64,000 nt of DNA from an uncultured Candidatus Rokubacteria bacterium (GTDB taxonomy: Bacteria; Methylomirabilota; Methylomirabilia; Rokubacteriales; CSP1-6). The notes under the pieces are model-generated. The model was not told the DNA's origin, did no database searches, and was given only the letters and a program-made list of their open reading frames with translations. A program made the translations under genes and the position numbers. Each line of letters starts with the position of its first letter. Position 1 is the stretch's first letter. Location: assembly GCA_963754315.1 (NCBI GenBank), contig CAVWFS010000011.1, forward strand, positions 1 through 64,000, written 5' to 3'. Shown piece by piece: positions 38,073 through 48,023 of this stretch.

Positions 38073-38999
38073 TCAAGAACACGGGTTGACGTCGGCGGTG
38101 ATCTTTTCCCAGTGCGCCCGTTCCCGACGTAACTCTTCGACGAACTGCAGGGGGGACGCGCTCGGGGTCACGTGCCCGCCTGCGCTCTCAAAGAGCGCCC
38201 TGACCTCATCGAGATTCAGCGCGCGCGTCACGGCATCGTGCAGCAGCCGTACGATCTCGTCAGGCGTTCGGCTCGAGGCGAACAGACCATGCCAGTGGCA
38301 CGTCCCGATGCCCGGGAAACCTGACTCCTCCAGGGTCGGAACGTCCGGGAAGCCCGCGAGACGGGTGCGACCGGTCACGGCCACGGCCTTGACGTCGCCC
38401 GCGTGCACCGCCGTCCTCGCCGTCCTCGCGTTGAGGAAGAGCATGTCGAGTTCCCCAGCCACAAGGGCGGCCAGCAAGCCGTCGGCACCACCGGTCTTCG
38501 GCACATTGACGACCTCGAAGCGGGCGGCCTTGCCCAGCCGCGCGGCATCGATGTCCGGATAGCTGCCGATCCAGTCCGTGCCATTTCTGACGTTCCCGCG
38601 CGCGGCCCTGGCCTCGTCGATGAACTCGAGGAGCGTTGTGGCCCGAAGGGACGGCCCTGTCAGCAGGACACTCGGAAACTCGGCGAGCCTCGACACCGGC
38701 ACGATCGCCGTGTCGTAGTCGAAGTTCATTCTCCGTCGGAAGACGACCGGCGCGATCGAGTTCGTGTTGACGCTGCCGACCATCAACGTGTACGGGTCAG
38801 CGTGGAGCAGCTCGCGGAGCGCCACCAGGCCAAACTCCCCGACCCGCGCCTCGACGACGAACGGCTGCCCCAGGATTTCTCGCAACGGCTCGGCCAGGCT
38901 GCTCGCCGTGAACTCCGTCGACCCACCGGGTGGAAAGGGGACGAGGAGCCGCACGGCGCGGACGGGGTATGCGTCAGGCGACGAGAACGCCAGGGGCAT
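38073..38999 (-). CDS. Bug/TctC tripartite tricarboxylate transporter receptor-family protein
   Basis: YPVRAVRLLVPFPPGGST, PDVPTLEESG and WHGLFA motifs. Confidence 0.85.
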   Translation of the reverse strand: MPLAFSSPDAYPVRAVRLLVPFPPGGSTEFTASSLAEPLREILGQPFVVEARVGEFGLVALRELLHADPYTLMVGSVNTNSIAPVVFRRRMNFDYDTAIVPVSRLAEFPSVLLTGPSLRATTLLEFIDEARAARGNVRNGTDWIGSYPDIDAARLGKAARFEVVNVPKTGGADGLLAALVAGELDMLFLNARTARTAVHAGDVKAVAVTGRTRLAGFPDVPTLEESGFPGIGTCHWHGLFASSRTPDEIVRLLHDAVTRALNLDEVRALFESAGGHVTPSASPLQFVEELRRERAHWEKITADVNPCS

Positions 39000-39010
39000 T
39001 GCCGCTCTCG

Positions 39011-39793
39011 CTAGGCCATGAAGGAACCGCCGTTCACGTCCAGCGAGACCCCGGTGACGTAGCTGCTGTCGTCGCTGCAGAGGAACAGCAGCGCCGATGC
39101 CATCTCGTCCGGGCCTGGCAGGCGTCGGAGGGCGACCTGTGCGAGATAGCGCTCACGGGACTCCTCGCTCATGCGGTCCCAGTAGGCTTGGAGGACCGGG
39201 CCACTGATGGTGAGACTGGGGACGAGGCAATTGACGGTGATGCCGAACGGGCCGAGCTCGCGGGCAGCGAATCGGGTCAAGCCGAGCACCGCGGTCTTCG
39301 CGCACGCGTATGCAGGTGACTGATGGACGGTGGGGTCGCTGATCCGGGCCGATCGAGAGGACACGTTGACGATCTTCCCGGAGCGCTGGCGCTTCATCGG
39401 CGCTGCCACCGCCCGCGTACAGAGAAATGCCGTCTTCAGGTTCGAATCCACCAGGTGATCCCACGACATCGCATCTTCTTCCTCGATCGTCCCCGCGTTC
39501 CCCGTCGACGAGGATCCTCCGCCGGCATTGTTGACGAGGATGTCGATGCGACCGTGCGCCTCGAGAACGGCGGTCACCATGCGATCAACCTGGTCGGGCT
39601 GCGTCAAGTCGGCCGCAAGGGGGAGACATGAGCCGGCCGCCGCGCGGATCTGCGCGGCTTCTCTCTCGACACCGGTGGCGATCCGGTCCACCACGACCAC
39701 CGCGGCGCCCTCCCGCGCCAGTGCTTTCGCGTAGACAGCTCCGAGACCCCCGCCCGCTCCGGTGACAACGGCGACCTTGCTCCCGAACCGCAT
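39011..39793 (-). CDS. short-chain dehydrogenase/reductase
   Basis: TGAGGGLG, NNAG, YACAK and DVNGG motifs. Confidence 0.93.
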   Translation of the reverse strand: MRFGSKVAVVTGAGGGLGAVYAKALAREGAAVVVVDRIATGVEREAAQIRAAAGSCLPLAADLTQPDQVDRMVTAVLEAHGRIDILVNNAGGGSSSTGNAGTIEEEDAMSWDHLVDSNLKTAFLCTRAVAAPMKRQRSGKIVNVSSRSARISDPTVHQSPAYACAKTAVLGLTRFAARELGPFGITVNCLVPSLTISGPVLQAYWDRMSEESRERYLAQVALRRLPGPDEMASALLFLCSDDSSYVTGVSLDVNGGSFMA

Positions 39794-39986
39794 CCCTACC
39801 TCCGTCGCGTCACTGACGGTTCGTGCTGCGCCATTCTCTCAGGGGCACGACTGTAACATCCGGCAGGCGGAGGTCCAGGCTCCTTTACACCGGGAACAGC
39901 CATCCCGCGTCTGTCGTTGGCTGTGCTGAAAGCTTCTTTGACTCCGCGGCTGTCCGGTCGCTGGCCGACCAAAGGAGGTAGTCGCC

Positions 39987-40160
39987 GTGAAGATCTTGGC
40001 CCTGCTCGGGATCGTGACTCTTCTGACCGGGGCGTGTGGGACGTCCCGTCCCTCCGCGCCCGAACAAACCGCGGCCCAGCGGTGCGCCGAAAGCGGGGGA
40101 ATGTGGCGCCCTTCGATCGAGTTCTGCGAGCAAGCGTCGGGCGGGGGCGGTGGGTACTAG
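39987..40160 (+). CDS. 57-aa lipoprotein (below the ORF-track cutoff)
   Basis: AAGGAGG SD and GTG start; MKILALLGIVTLLTGACGTSRPSAPEQTAAQRCAESGGMWRPSIEFCEQASGGGGGY; lipobox TGAC. Confidence 0.75.
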   Translation: MKILALLGIVTLLTGACGTSRPSAPEQTAAQRCAESGGMWRPSIEFCEQASGGGGGY

Positions 40161-40193
40161 GTCCGATCGTGTCGAGCCTGCGGGTCGTGTGGT

Positions 40194-41282
40194 CTATGCG
40201 ACCTGGTGCTGTCGGACCGCCGTCTCGTCCAGCTCGAGACCAAGGCCGGGCGCGGACGGCGCGAGGAGCTCACCGTTCTCGAGGCGCGGCATCGACGTGA
40301 GGATGCGGACGGATCGCGGAACGTATTCCACCAGGTGGCCGTTCGGGATGGCCGACAGCAAATGCACCTGAATCTCGGGGACCACGTGACCACACACCGG
40401 AATCCGATGCGCCTGCGCCAGCGCGGCGATCTTTCGCCAAGGCGTCACCCCGCCAACCCTGGCTAGATCGAGGATAACCACATCGACGGCACGCGCCTCC
40501 AGGAGCGTCCTGAACGCGTCCAGGTGGTAGAGGTGCTCGCCGGCGGCGATGGGAACCTCGAGGTGGCTTCGCAGCTCGGCGAGTCCAGCCACGTCAAGAT
40601 GGTGGACGGGGTCTTCCAGCCACGCGATGCCGGCTTTCTGGAGGGCTTGGCCCGCGCGCCGTGCGCGAGTCAGCGACCAGCTTTCCGTCGCGTCGACCAT
40701 GATTCGCACATCCGGTCCCACAGCCTCGCGCACGGCGTGGACGCGGCGGGCCTCGAGCTCCGGGGTTGCCTCTCTGCCGAGCCGGAGCTTGACGGCGCCG
40801 AATCCGGTCTCGACATGGCGCCTGGCCGACACTGCGAGCTCATCGAGAGACAGGCTGTACCAGAGACCATCGCTCGCGTAGGTGGGAAGTCGGTCGCGGT
40901 AGCCGCCGAGAAGACGGTGCAGGGGTTGGCCCAGGGTCTTGCCGGCAGCGTCCCACACCGCGATGTCGAGGGGGGCCAGGGCACAGTGGAGTAGCCCACC
41001 CGGGCCTATCCAGTCACCGTGTCGCGCCAACCGGTCCCAGGCGGCCTCTGGCTCCAGAACGCTCATACCGATCAAGTGCTCGCCTAGCTCCCGCGCGGCG
41101 TGACCGATCGTCATCATCAGATCTGGGCGGGGATACACCACGTAACCGATCCCTTCCACATCATCGGACGTCTGTACACGGGCCAGAACATGCCAGTTCG
41201 CATCGACCGTCCGCCCGCCTGCCACGTAGGGGTGATCGACCGGAACGCGCAACACGCTCACCGCTGTCTGTCTGATCTTCAC
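40194..41282 (-). CDS. mandelate racemase/muconate lactonizing enzyme family protein
   Basis: DIAVWDAAGK, AVKLRLG, IMVDA, WLEDP, AAGEH and DLARVGG motifs. Confidence 0.9.
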   Translation of the reverse strand: MKIRQTAVSVLRVPVDHPYVAGGRTVDANWHVLARVQTSDDVEGIGYVVYPRPDLMMTIGHAARELGEHLIGMSVLEPEAAWDRLARHGDWIGPGGLLHCALAPLDIAVWDAAGKTLGQPLHRLLGGYRDRLPTYASDGLWYSLSLDELAVSARRHVETGFGAVKLRLGREATPELEARRVHAVREAVGPDVRIMVDATESWSLTRARRAGQALQKAGIAWLEDPVHHLDVAGLAELRSHLEVPIAAGEHLYHLDAFRTLLEARAVDVVILDLARVGGVTPWRKIAALAQAHRIPVCGHVVPEIQVHLLSAIPNGHLVEYVPRSVRILTSMPRLENGELLAPSAPGLGLELDETAVRQHQVA

Positions 41283-41439
41283 CGACGATCTCCTTGACGG
41301 GCGGCGCACCGTCCCTCGCGCGTGGACTCTACCGAGGAGTCCTTGGCCGGGCAAGCGGCAGGCTCGGCTTGACTCTGGTCAGCGGGTCGAGGTAATTTAC
41401 ACGTATTCCGGTCGGAAATATAACTTATGGACTAAATAT

Positions 41440-42420
41440 ATGCCCTACTCAGTTAGCGATCCCATCGGCATCCTTGATGAGCATCCTGAATGGTCCAGCC
41501 GACTGATTGCTGAGCTCGAAAGGCGAGGGCTCCCGTGGGAGAAGGTCGACCATCAGAGCCATTGCTACGATCCGCGCGAGAGCCGCCCGGCCTACTCGGT
41601 GATCGTCAACCGGACGAGTCCCTCCTCCCACACACGCGGCCACGCGTGTGTCCTCTTCTACGCCGAAGCGCTGCTCGACTACTACGAGTCCCGGGGCGTG
41701 CCGGTGATCAACCCCGTGGGGGCCTACCGCTTCGAGAAGTCCAAGGCCCTCCAGCTCGGTCTGTTCGAGCGCCTGGGCGTGCGCTACCCGCGTGCCGTGG
41801 TGGTCAACCACCGCGATCAGGTGCTCAAGGCCCTCGACCGTGTGTGCTTCCCGCTGGTGATCAAGCCCAACGTGGGGGGCTCGGGGGCCGGCATCGTGCG
41901 CTTCGACGCACGGGAGCAGCTCGAGGACCAGCTCCCCGGTCTTGATTTCGGGCCTGACGGCACCGCGCTGGTGCAGGAGTACATCGAGTCGGAGGCGGGG
42001 GCTATCGTGCGGGTGGAGGTGCTCGATGGACAGTATCTTTACGCCATCCGCATCGTGCGGCAGGCCAATGCCGGCTTCAACCTCTGTCCCGCGGACATCT
42101 GCCAGACGGATGGGCCGCGAGGGGCTACCACCCCCGATCTGAGCGCCTGCCCCGTGGAGCCGAGGCCCGGGCTGAGTGTGAGCCGCTACGATGCGCCCCG
42201 CGAGGCCGTGGACACGGCCGTCCGCCTGGTCCGCGCTGCCTCCATCGACGTGGGGGGTGTGGAGTACCTGGTGAGTCGAGCCGACGGGCGGATCTACTTT
42301 TACGACATCAATGCCACGTCCAACTTCGTGGCCAACGCCTCCGAGGTCCTTGGGTTCGACCCCACTTCGCGCTTCGTCGACTACATCGAGCGGGTTGCCG
42401 TGGGCCCGAAGGCTGCCTAG
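41440..42420 (+). CDS. RimK-like ATP-grasp protein
   Basis: EKSKALQ, FPLVIKPNVGGSGAGI, LVQEYI and YDINATSNF motifs. Confidence 0.85.
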   Translation: MPYSVSDPIGILDEHPEWSSRLIAELERRGLPWEKVDHQSHCYDPRESRPAYSVIVNRTSPSSHTRGHACVLFYAEALLDYYESRGVPVINPVGAYRFEKSKALQLGLFERLGVRYPRAVVVNHRDQVLKALDRVCFPLVIKPNVGGSGAGIVRFDAREQLEDQLPGLDFGPDGTALVQEYIESEAGAIVRVEVLDGQYLYAIRIVRQANAGFNLCPADICQTDGPRGATTPDLSACPVEPRPGLSVSRYDAPREAVDTAVRLVRAASIDVGGVEYLVSRADGRIYFYDINATSNFVANASEVLGFDPTSRFVDYIERVAVGPKAA

Positions 42421-42430
42421 CTGAGTAGGA

Positions 42431-43300
42431 TCATCGCCGCGGTACCGCAACCGCGTAGGCGGCCGGATGGGCCGAGACTCCTCGGCGTCGGGCGTAGGTC
42501 TGCGTGAGTTGGGCGCCGAACAGGAGGATCAGCGCGGAGTAGTAGACCCACACCAGGCACACCACGACGGACCCGGCTGCTCCGTACGAGGAGGCGATGC
42601 CCGCGTGACCGAGGTACCAGCCGATCAGGAACTTGCCGCCCCCGAGTAGTATCGACGTGACCACGGCTCCGAACCAGACGTCGGGCCAGCCGATGCGGAC
42701 GTCCGGAAGGACTTTGAAGATGGTGGCGACCATGAAGACGATGGCCCCACACGAGACCACGAATTCGACGACCTGCCACAGCGCGGTGCCGGCCGGAGGA
42801 GTGCGAACCAGATACGTGTCAAGCGTGGTCAAGAGGGTGCCCGCCGCGACCGATACCAAGAGCAGGAGGCCGAGCACCAGGACGAGCGCCAGAGACAGGA
42901 GACGGGAACGGATGAGGCTCCACACCACGCCACGCGTCGGCGCCGCCTCGACGTTCCAGATCCGATTGAGTGCGATCTGAAGCTGGGCGAAGGCGGTAGT
43001 GGCACCGATCAAGATGGTGGCCATCCCGACGACGATGGAGAGTACGCCGCGGCCGGGATCGAGCGTGCTGGAAAGCGCGGTGCCGACCGTGTCGGCGCCG
43101 GCGGGACCGATGAATTGCTCGACGCGCTCCAGCAACTCGGCTCGCACTGCGTCCTTGCTCCACACGAGGCCGGCGGCCCCGACCACCACCAGCACCAGCG
43201 GTGAGAGCGAAAGCAACGTGAAGAATGACAATGCCGCCGCGAGCTGGAACGGCGACGCGTCGAGGAACTCCGCGACCGCATCTCGCACCCAAGACCACAT
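42431..43300 (-). CDS. YihY/virulence factor BrkB family membrane protein
   Basis: LAAALSFFTLLSLSP, QLQIALNRIW and YGAAGSVVVCLVWVYYS motifs. Confidence 0.92.
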   Translation of the reverse strand: MWSWVRDAVAEFLDASPFQLAAALSFFTLLSLSPLVLVVVGAAGLVWSKDAVRAELLERVEQFIGPAGADTVGTALSSTLDPGRGVLSIVVGMATILIGATTAFAQLQIALNRIWNVEAAPTRGVVWSLIRSRLLSLALVLVLGLLLLVSVAAGTLLTTLDTYLVRTPPAGTALWQVVEFVVSCGAIVFMVATIFKVLPDVRIGWPDVWFGAVVTSILLGGGKFLIGWYLGHAGIASSYGAAGSVVVCLVWVYYSALILLFGAQLTQTYARRRGVSAHPAAYAVAVPRR

Positions 43301-43323
43301 CGCGGCGACGGGTTAGTTCCCCG

Positions 43324-44247
43324 TCAGTGACGGAGGACGGCGCGGCGGCCCTCGAAAGTCACCACCGCTCCGTCCTGCGTGATTTCCTCCACGAGCGCCT
43401 TGCCATCGATGCGGTCGCCTTGAACGTACTTGGTCCCATTGATGAAGACGAGGCGGTCAGGGGGGTTCTCGGCATAGACGTGGACCGTGAGCTTGAGCTT
43501 CGACAGGATATCGTCGCCCGCCGGTGCGGCCTCGGGCGACGGTTTCGGTGTCGCCACCGACTCGGCGGCTCGCGGGCCGCGGACAAGGGGGGCAGGAAGA
43601 GGAACATCGGTGGGTGGCGCCGCCGCCGTGGCGGGTGCGCTGGGGGGTGGGGCAGGGCTGAGCGGTGCTGGAGGCGGGGAAGCGGGCAGCGGCTGCCGAC
43701 GCTCTTCAGCGCGCGGTGCGACCGGTGCTGGTGGCACCGGTTTCACTGCCTCACCGCGCTTCGCGAGTACGGGGGCGGGCTCCACGGGCGGGGAGGTGGG
43801 CACCGTGGTCCGTGCGGGCTCAGGCGGCACTGGTGGTGTGCGGGCTGGTGCGGTGGCCGTCGGGCCGGTGGCGGGCGCGAGCGCATTAGGCGTCGGAGGG
43901 GCGGTGATGGCAGGCGCGCCTAGTACCGGAGGGGCGGTGATGGCAGGCGCGCTGGGCGCCGGTACTCTGGGTGGGGGCGGGCTAGGATCGCGTGACCTCC
44001 CGAGATCGGCCACTGGCGTTCCGGGAGCGGTTCGCGACAAGACGCCAGGCAGGCTGAGGCCAAGGCCGGGCCGGAGGACCCAGGTGATGACTGCCAGATT
44101 CGCGGCCACCAAGACAGCGCCGGCCACCATCCAGGGCCATCGCCGGCGCGGCGCCTCGTGGGGCGCGCGGACTCGATCCAGGATGGGACTCGTCCCTCGC
44201 CGCCTGGCCTCGTCGGACTTACGAAGAGCGTCAAGGATGTAGGACAT
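43324..44247 (-). CDS. gspB: GspB/ExeB-like protein
   Basis: MSYILDALRKS N-terminus, TM, Pro-rich linker, C-terminal HVYAENPPDRLVFING. Confidence 0.85.
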   Translation of the reverse strand: MSYILDALRKSDEARRRGTSPILDRVRAPHEAPRRRWPWMVAGAVLVAANLAVITWVLRPGLGLSLPGVLSRTAPGTPVADLGRSRDPSPPPPRVPAPSAPAITAPPVLGAPAITAPPTPNALAPATGPTATAPARTPPVPPEPARTTVPTSPPVEPAPVLAKRGEAVKPVPPAPVAPRAEERRQPLPASPPPAPLSPAPPPSAPATAAAPPTDVPLPAPLVRGPRAAESVATPKPSPEAAPAGDDILSKLKLTVHVYAENPPDRLVFINGTKYVQGDRIDGKALVEEITQDGAVVTFEGRRAVLRH

Positions 44248-44251
44248 GGGC

Positions 44252-45862
44252 CTACGGTTGAAGCAGCCGTGGAGCCGTGGCCGGGGCATCGGGGCCGGCC
44301 GCGCTCAGGTGCGTGAGTGTCTCCTCGCCGGCGATCCCGTCGGGAACGAGCGAGCGACTGCGCTGGAAGGCGACCACCCGCTCTCGCAGGGCATCGTCGT
44401 AGACGTCACTCTTCTGAGTCGGAATGGGCTGTCCATCGAGGGCCGCCAGGCGCCCGCGCAGCCACTCGACATCTTTGCCCCGGCTGGTCGGCCCGATCGA
44501 AGTAAGACCGCGCGACGGTGCCTTCCAGAGGACCACGAACGATCCATCCCAGAATTGTTCGATGTCGGTCAGGGGAAGGGTGACCGCGCGATCCGCGAAT
44601 TCGAGCGTTGCGGTGTCCGATCCAAGCGCAGTCACCGCTGCGTAGTGCTTGACACCGGGCGGCGCCATCAACTCCACGACGGCCGGAAGACCGAGGCGAC
44701 GAAGCTTGTGCCACGTCCCCGAACGGAAGAGACACTCGAGGCCGTCGGTACGCGCTGTTTCACACGCCACCCCGCCCTGACCGCCAGGATAGTCGACACC
44801 CCAGCGAGCGTAGAGCGTCGTGAATGCGGCCCGCTTGTCGCTCTTCACGGTGGGATCGGCCAGAACGTCGGCCAGGCGCTTTCCTGGTGGCGTTTCTCTG
44901 ACTTGGGCGGCTGGTCTGGGCGCCGGGGGAGACGGTAGGGCCACCGGCGCACTGCCCACCGGACCGATGAGTGCCCACGCCCCGACCGCGATGGCGGCCA
45001 CGCCAAGCACGGCTGCGCCCCAGAGGAGGGTCCGGACGTACGATGGACGGACGCTCCGGCCCAGTACCTCACCGGCCGCGATCCGAACGGTGCGGGAGTC
45101 GATGCGTCGCTGATCATGGGCGTACGCGCCGAGCAGGGCGCGATCACAGATCACGTTGATCAACCGAGGGACCCCGCCCGAGCGTCGGTGCACCTCGTGG
45201 ATGGCCGCCTCGCTGAACGCTACCTCGTGCTGGCCCGCCACCTCCATGCGGTGGAGTACGTAGCCTCGCGTCTCCGGCGCAGAGAAAGGAAGGAGGTGGT
45301 AACGCGCCGTCACCCGCTGGGCTAACTGACGCAGTTCGGGGCTCTCGAGCATCTGGCCAAGCTCCGGCTGGCCGATCAGGATGATCTGCAGGAGCTTCTC
45401 GCGGGCCGTTTCGAGGTTCGTGAGCAGACGGATCTGCTCGAGGACCTCCACCGTGAGGTTCTGGGCTTCATCGATGATGAGCACGGTGCGCCGCGCGCGG
45501 GCGTGGGCGCCGAGGAGATGGCGATAGAGGGCGTCGACCAGCACCTTCATGCTGGTGGTGCCGGCAGGGTAGGGAATGCGCAGCTCGTCGCAGACGGTGC
45601 CAAGCAGCTCGAGGGCAGTGACCTTGGGATTGAGGATCAACGCCACGTCGACGTCGGGCGGAAGCTGCTCGAGCAGATACCGGCAGATCGTGGTCTTGCC
45701 GGTCCCGACCTCACCGGTCAGCTGTACGAACCCCCCACCCCCGCTGATGCCGTAGAGCAGATGCGCAAGGGCTTCCCGATGACGGCTACTCATGTAGAGA
45801 AACTTCGGGTCGGGCGTGATGGAGAAGGGGGATTCCTTCAATCCGAAGTGCGCTGTGTACAT
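44252..45862 (-). CDS. exeA: ExeA/GspA AAA ATPase with a peptidoglycan-binding domain
   Basis: MYTAHFGLKESPFSITPDPKFLY, GEVGTGKT, IIDEAQ, LIGQPEL and FQRSRSLVPDGIAGEET motifs. Confidence 0.92.
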   Translation of the reverse strand: MYTAHFGLKESPFSITPDPKFLYMSSRHREALAHLLYGISGGGGFVQLTGEVGTGKTTICRYLLEQLPPDVDVALILNPKVTALELLGTVCDELRIPYPAGTTSMKVLVDALYRHLLGAHARARRTVLIIDEAQNLTVEVLEQIRLLTNLETAREKLLQIILIGQPELGQMLESPELRQLAQRVTARYHLLPFSAPETRGYVLHRMEVAGQHEVAFSEAAIHEVHRRSGGVPRLINVICDRALLGAYAHDQRRIDSRTVRIAAGEVLGRSVRPSYVRTLLWGAAVLGVAAIAVGAWALIGPVGSAPVALPSPPAPRPAAQVRETPPGKRLADVLADPTVKSDKRAAFTTLYARWGVDYPGGQGGVACETARTDGLECLFRSGTWHKLRRLGLPAVVELMAPPGVKHYAAVTALGSDTATLEFADRAVTLPLTDIEQFWDGSFVVLWKAPSRGLTSIGPTSRGKDVEWLRGRLAALDGQPIPTQKSDVYDDALRERVVAFQRSRSLVPDGIAGEETLTHLSAAGPDAPATAPRLLQP

Positions 45863-46063
45863 CAGCCGGCAGCTACCATGCCCAAACTGCCGCAGAGCGT
45901 AGACGATACACGGGAACCCGTCAAGAAAACGAGGGGCCCGGTCGTGGTCGCAGCTCGAAGTTGGCTGACGCGCCGCGCCCTCCACCGCGTGTGCGATACT
46001 CGAGGAGACTGGGGGCTGGCCGAGGAGGAAGCGCGGCGTTCACCGAGTAGGGAGGCCCCGAGC

Positions 46064-46285
46064 ATGATGCATTTACTGTGGTTCATCCCCCTCGTCGTTG
46101 GCCTCGTGTCGATGTGGTGGGTCAAGCTACAGGGTCTCGCGGTGCTGGTGGCTCTGATATGTGGTCTCATCGGGCTATATCAACTCGTCATGGGCACTCG
46201 GGGGATACCCCTTGCACGCAGCCACCAGGAACGAGATACGCGCGACGTCCAGCGAGATCTGCCCCCGGGGCCGGTTGACTATTGA
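46064..46285 (+). CDS. small membrane protein
   Basis: GGAGG SD; two hydrophobic helices. Confidence 0.55.
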   Translation: MMHLLWFIPLVVGLVSMWWVKLQGLAVLVALICGLIGLYQLVMGTRGIPLARSHQERDTRDVQRDLPPGPVDY

Positions 46286-46460
46286 ACCACTGCCCGCAGG
46301 ATTCAAATTGAGACATTACCAGGCGCCCGCCTCGGACCTGGGGAGGCGTGAGTCACGGCTGTAAACGGAAAGGGCCGGGTTCCGTCTAACCAAGCGAGGG
46401 GAGTACAGTACCCGTAGCCTACCTGGCTTCGGCTAGGGGGCTGGCGGGGAGGCGCTAACC

Positions 46461-46955
46461 ATGACGAAGCGAATACTGATTGTCTTTGCGCTGCTCGCGC
46501 TGCTCCTCGGCAGTGCCGCCACGGCTGACGCGGGGGGGCGGCGGGGTCCGGGGTGGGGTAGGCCCGGCTGGGGCGGCGGGTTCTACTACGGCCCGAGGTA
46601 CTGGGGTCCGCGGCCCGGGTGGGGGCTGGGATTCTATGGCTATCGCCCGTGGCCCCTCTACCCCTTTTACGGCGGTTACTACCCGTACGGCGGTTACTAC
46701 CCGTACGGAGGTTATGCTCCCTATGCGGCGCCGGTTGTCGTCCAGCAGGATCCTCAGGTCTACATCCAGCAGGATCCGCAGGTCTCCATCCAGCAGGCAC
46801 CGGCTGCTCAGGCCGCGCCGCCGCCGCCCGAGTCGAGCCAGCCTCAGCCGAGCCAGTACTGGTACTACTGCGAGGACGCGAGGGGCTACTTTCCGTACGT
46901 GCAGCAATGTCCGCGGGGATGGATGACCGTTGTCCCCCCTGCTCCGCAACGCTGA
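46461..46955 (+). CDS. secreted Gly/Tyr/Pro-rich protein
   Basis: Signal peptide; GGYYPY and QQDPQV repeats; C-terminal YWYYC...GYFPYVQQCPRGW. Confidence 0.8.
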   Translation: MTKRILIVFALLALLLGSAATADAGGRRGPGWGRPGWGGGFYYGPRYWGPRPGWGLGFYGYRPWPLYPFYGGYYPYGGYYPYGGYAPYAAPVVVQQDPQVYIQQDPQVSIQQAPAAQAAPPPPESSQPQPSQYWYYCEDARGYFPYVQQCPRGWMTVVPPAPQR

Positions 46956-46956
46956 C

Positions 46957-47577
46957 GTGAAGGTAGGGATTCTGGTGCTCGCGGCGCTGGTGAGCGGATG
47001 CGTCACCATTCCGACTGGCCCCAGCGTCATGGTCTTGCCGGGCACCGGAAAGGCCTTCGAGCAGTTCCAGGTGGACGACACGTCCTGTCGCGAGTGGGCG
47101 CTCCAGCAGTGTGGCATCGCCCCCGGTGACGCGGCCACCAGCAGCGGCGTCACGAGCGCCGTGGTGGGGACCGTCCTCGGCGCGGGGCTGGGAGCCGCCA
47201 TCGGTGCTGCTGCGGGCAATCCGGCTCTGGGGGCCGCCGCCGGTGCGGGCGCTGGTCTCTTTGGTGGTGGACTCGTCGGCGCCAATGCGGCCTACGCGTC
47301 CGGGAGCGAGGTGCAGTATCGGTACGACACCGCCTATAAGCAGTGCATGTACGCGAAGGGAAATCAGATTCCCGTGGCCGCTCGTGCGGTCCGCGGTGCC
47401 CGACCCGCGTACGCTACGTCCGCGACGGTGTCACCGGCTCCACCACCGGCTTACGCCACGCCACCTCCGCCGCCCGCGTACGCGCCAACGACTGCTCCAC
47501 CGTCCTCCTACGCGCCGCTGCCTCCTCCGCCGCCCGCGTACGCGCCGCCGCCTCCTCCACCGCCGTCTGCGCGCTAG
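46957..47577 (+). CDS. glycine-zipper lipoprotein with a Pro-rich tail
   Basis: Lipobox VSGC; PTGPSVMVLPGTGK; GAAIGAAAG zipper; YKQCMYAKGNQIP. Confidence 0.82.
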   Translation: MKVGILVLAALVSGCVTIPTGPSVMVLPGTGKAFEQFQVDDTSCREWALQQCGIAPGDAATSSGVTSAVVGTVLGAGLGAAIGAAAGNPALGAAAGAGAGLFGGGLVGANAAYASGSEVQYRYDTAYKQCMYAKGNQIPVAARAVRGARPAYATSATVSPAPPPAYATPPPPPAYAPTTAPPSSYAPLPPPPPAYAPPPPPPPSAR

Positions 47578-48023
47578 CTTCCTGTGCTGCCGAAGCCGCC
47601 GGCGCCCCGCTCGCTCGCCGGCAAGGTCTGAACGTCGACCACCTCGACGTTGGCGACTGGCTGGATCACGAGCTGAGCGATGCGATCGCCGCGACCGATG
47701 GCGACCACCTGATCGCCGTGGTTGATGAGTAGAACCTTGATCTCGCCGCGATATCCGGAATCGATGAGCCCAGGGGCGTTCAGAACTGTGAGGCCCTGGT
47801 GCAGCGCGAGACCGGAACGGGGTAGTACAAAGCCAGCCCAGCCGGGCGGAATGGCCAGGGCGATGCCAGTCTCGACGAGGGCCCGCGCTCCGGGGGAGAT
47901 GCTGACCGGCCGCGCGGCGTGAAGATCGAGACCCGCATCGTGGGAGCGTGCGGGGTGGGGAGGAGGCAGGTCAGGATCGAGCCGTTTGATCGTGACGCGA
48001 AGAGAGGGACGCTCGGAGGCTAT
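47574..48023 (-). CDS. dut: dUTP diphosphatase (possible ATA start)
   Basis: All five motifs present: AGLDL, RSG, GLIDSGYRGEI, RIAQL, RGAGGFGSTG. Confidence 0.93.
   Translation of the reverse strand: MASERPSLRVTIKRLDPDLPPPHPARSHDAGLDLHAARPVSISPGARALVETGIALAIPPGWAGFVLPRSGLALHQGLTVLNAPGLIDSGYRGEIKVLLINHGDQVVAIGRGDRIAQLVIQPVANVEVVDVQTLPASERGAGGFGSTGS

Noticed and set aside
37012..38562. 516-aa plus-strand ORF (likewise 7376-8512, 35224-36729, 60064-61566 and other long antisense ORFs)
   Set aside because: Antisense shadows of well-supported genes, common in high-GC DNA; no motifs
43324..45862. exeA-gspB as evidence of a novel secretion system
   Set aside because: This pair is often encoded apart from the main T2SS cluster; nothing unusual here
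46540..46800. GGYYPY / QQDPQV repeats as a CRISPR array or RiPP precursor
   Set aside because: In-frame low-complexity coding repeats of a secreted protein; no spacers, cas genes or modifying enzymes nearby
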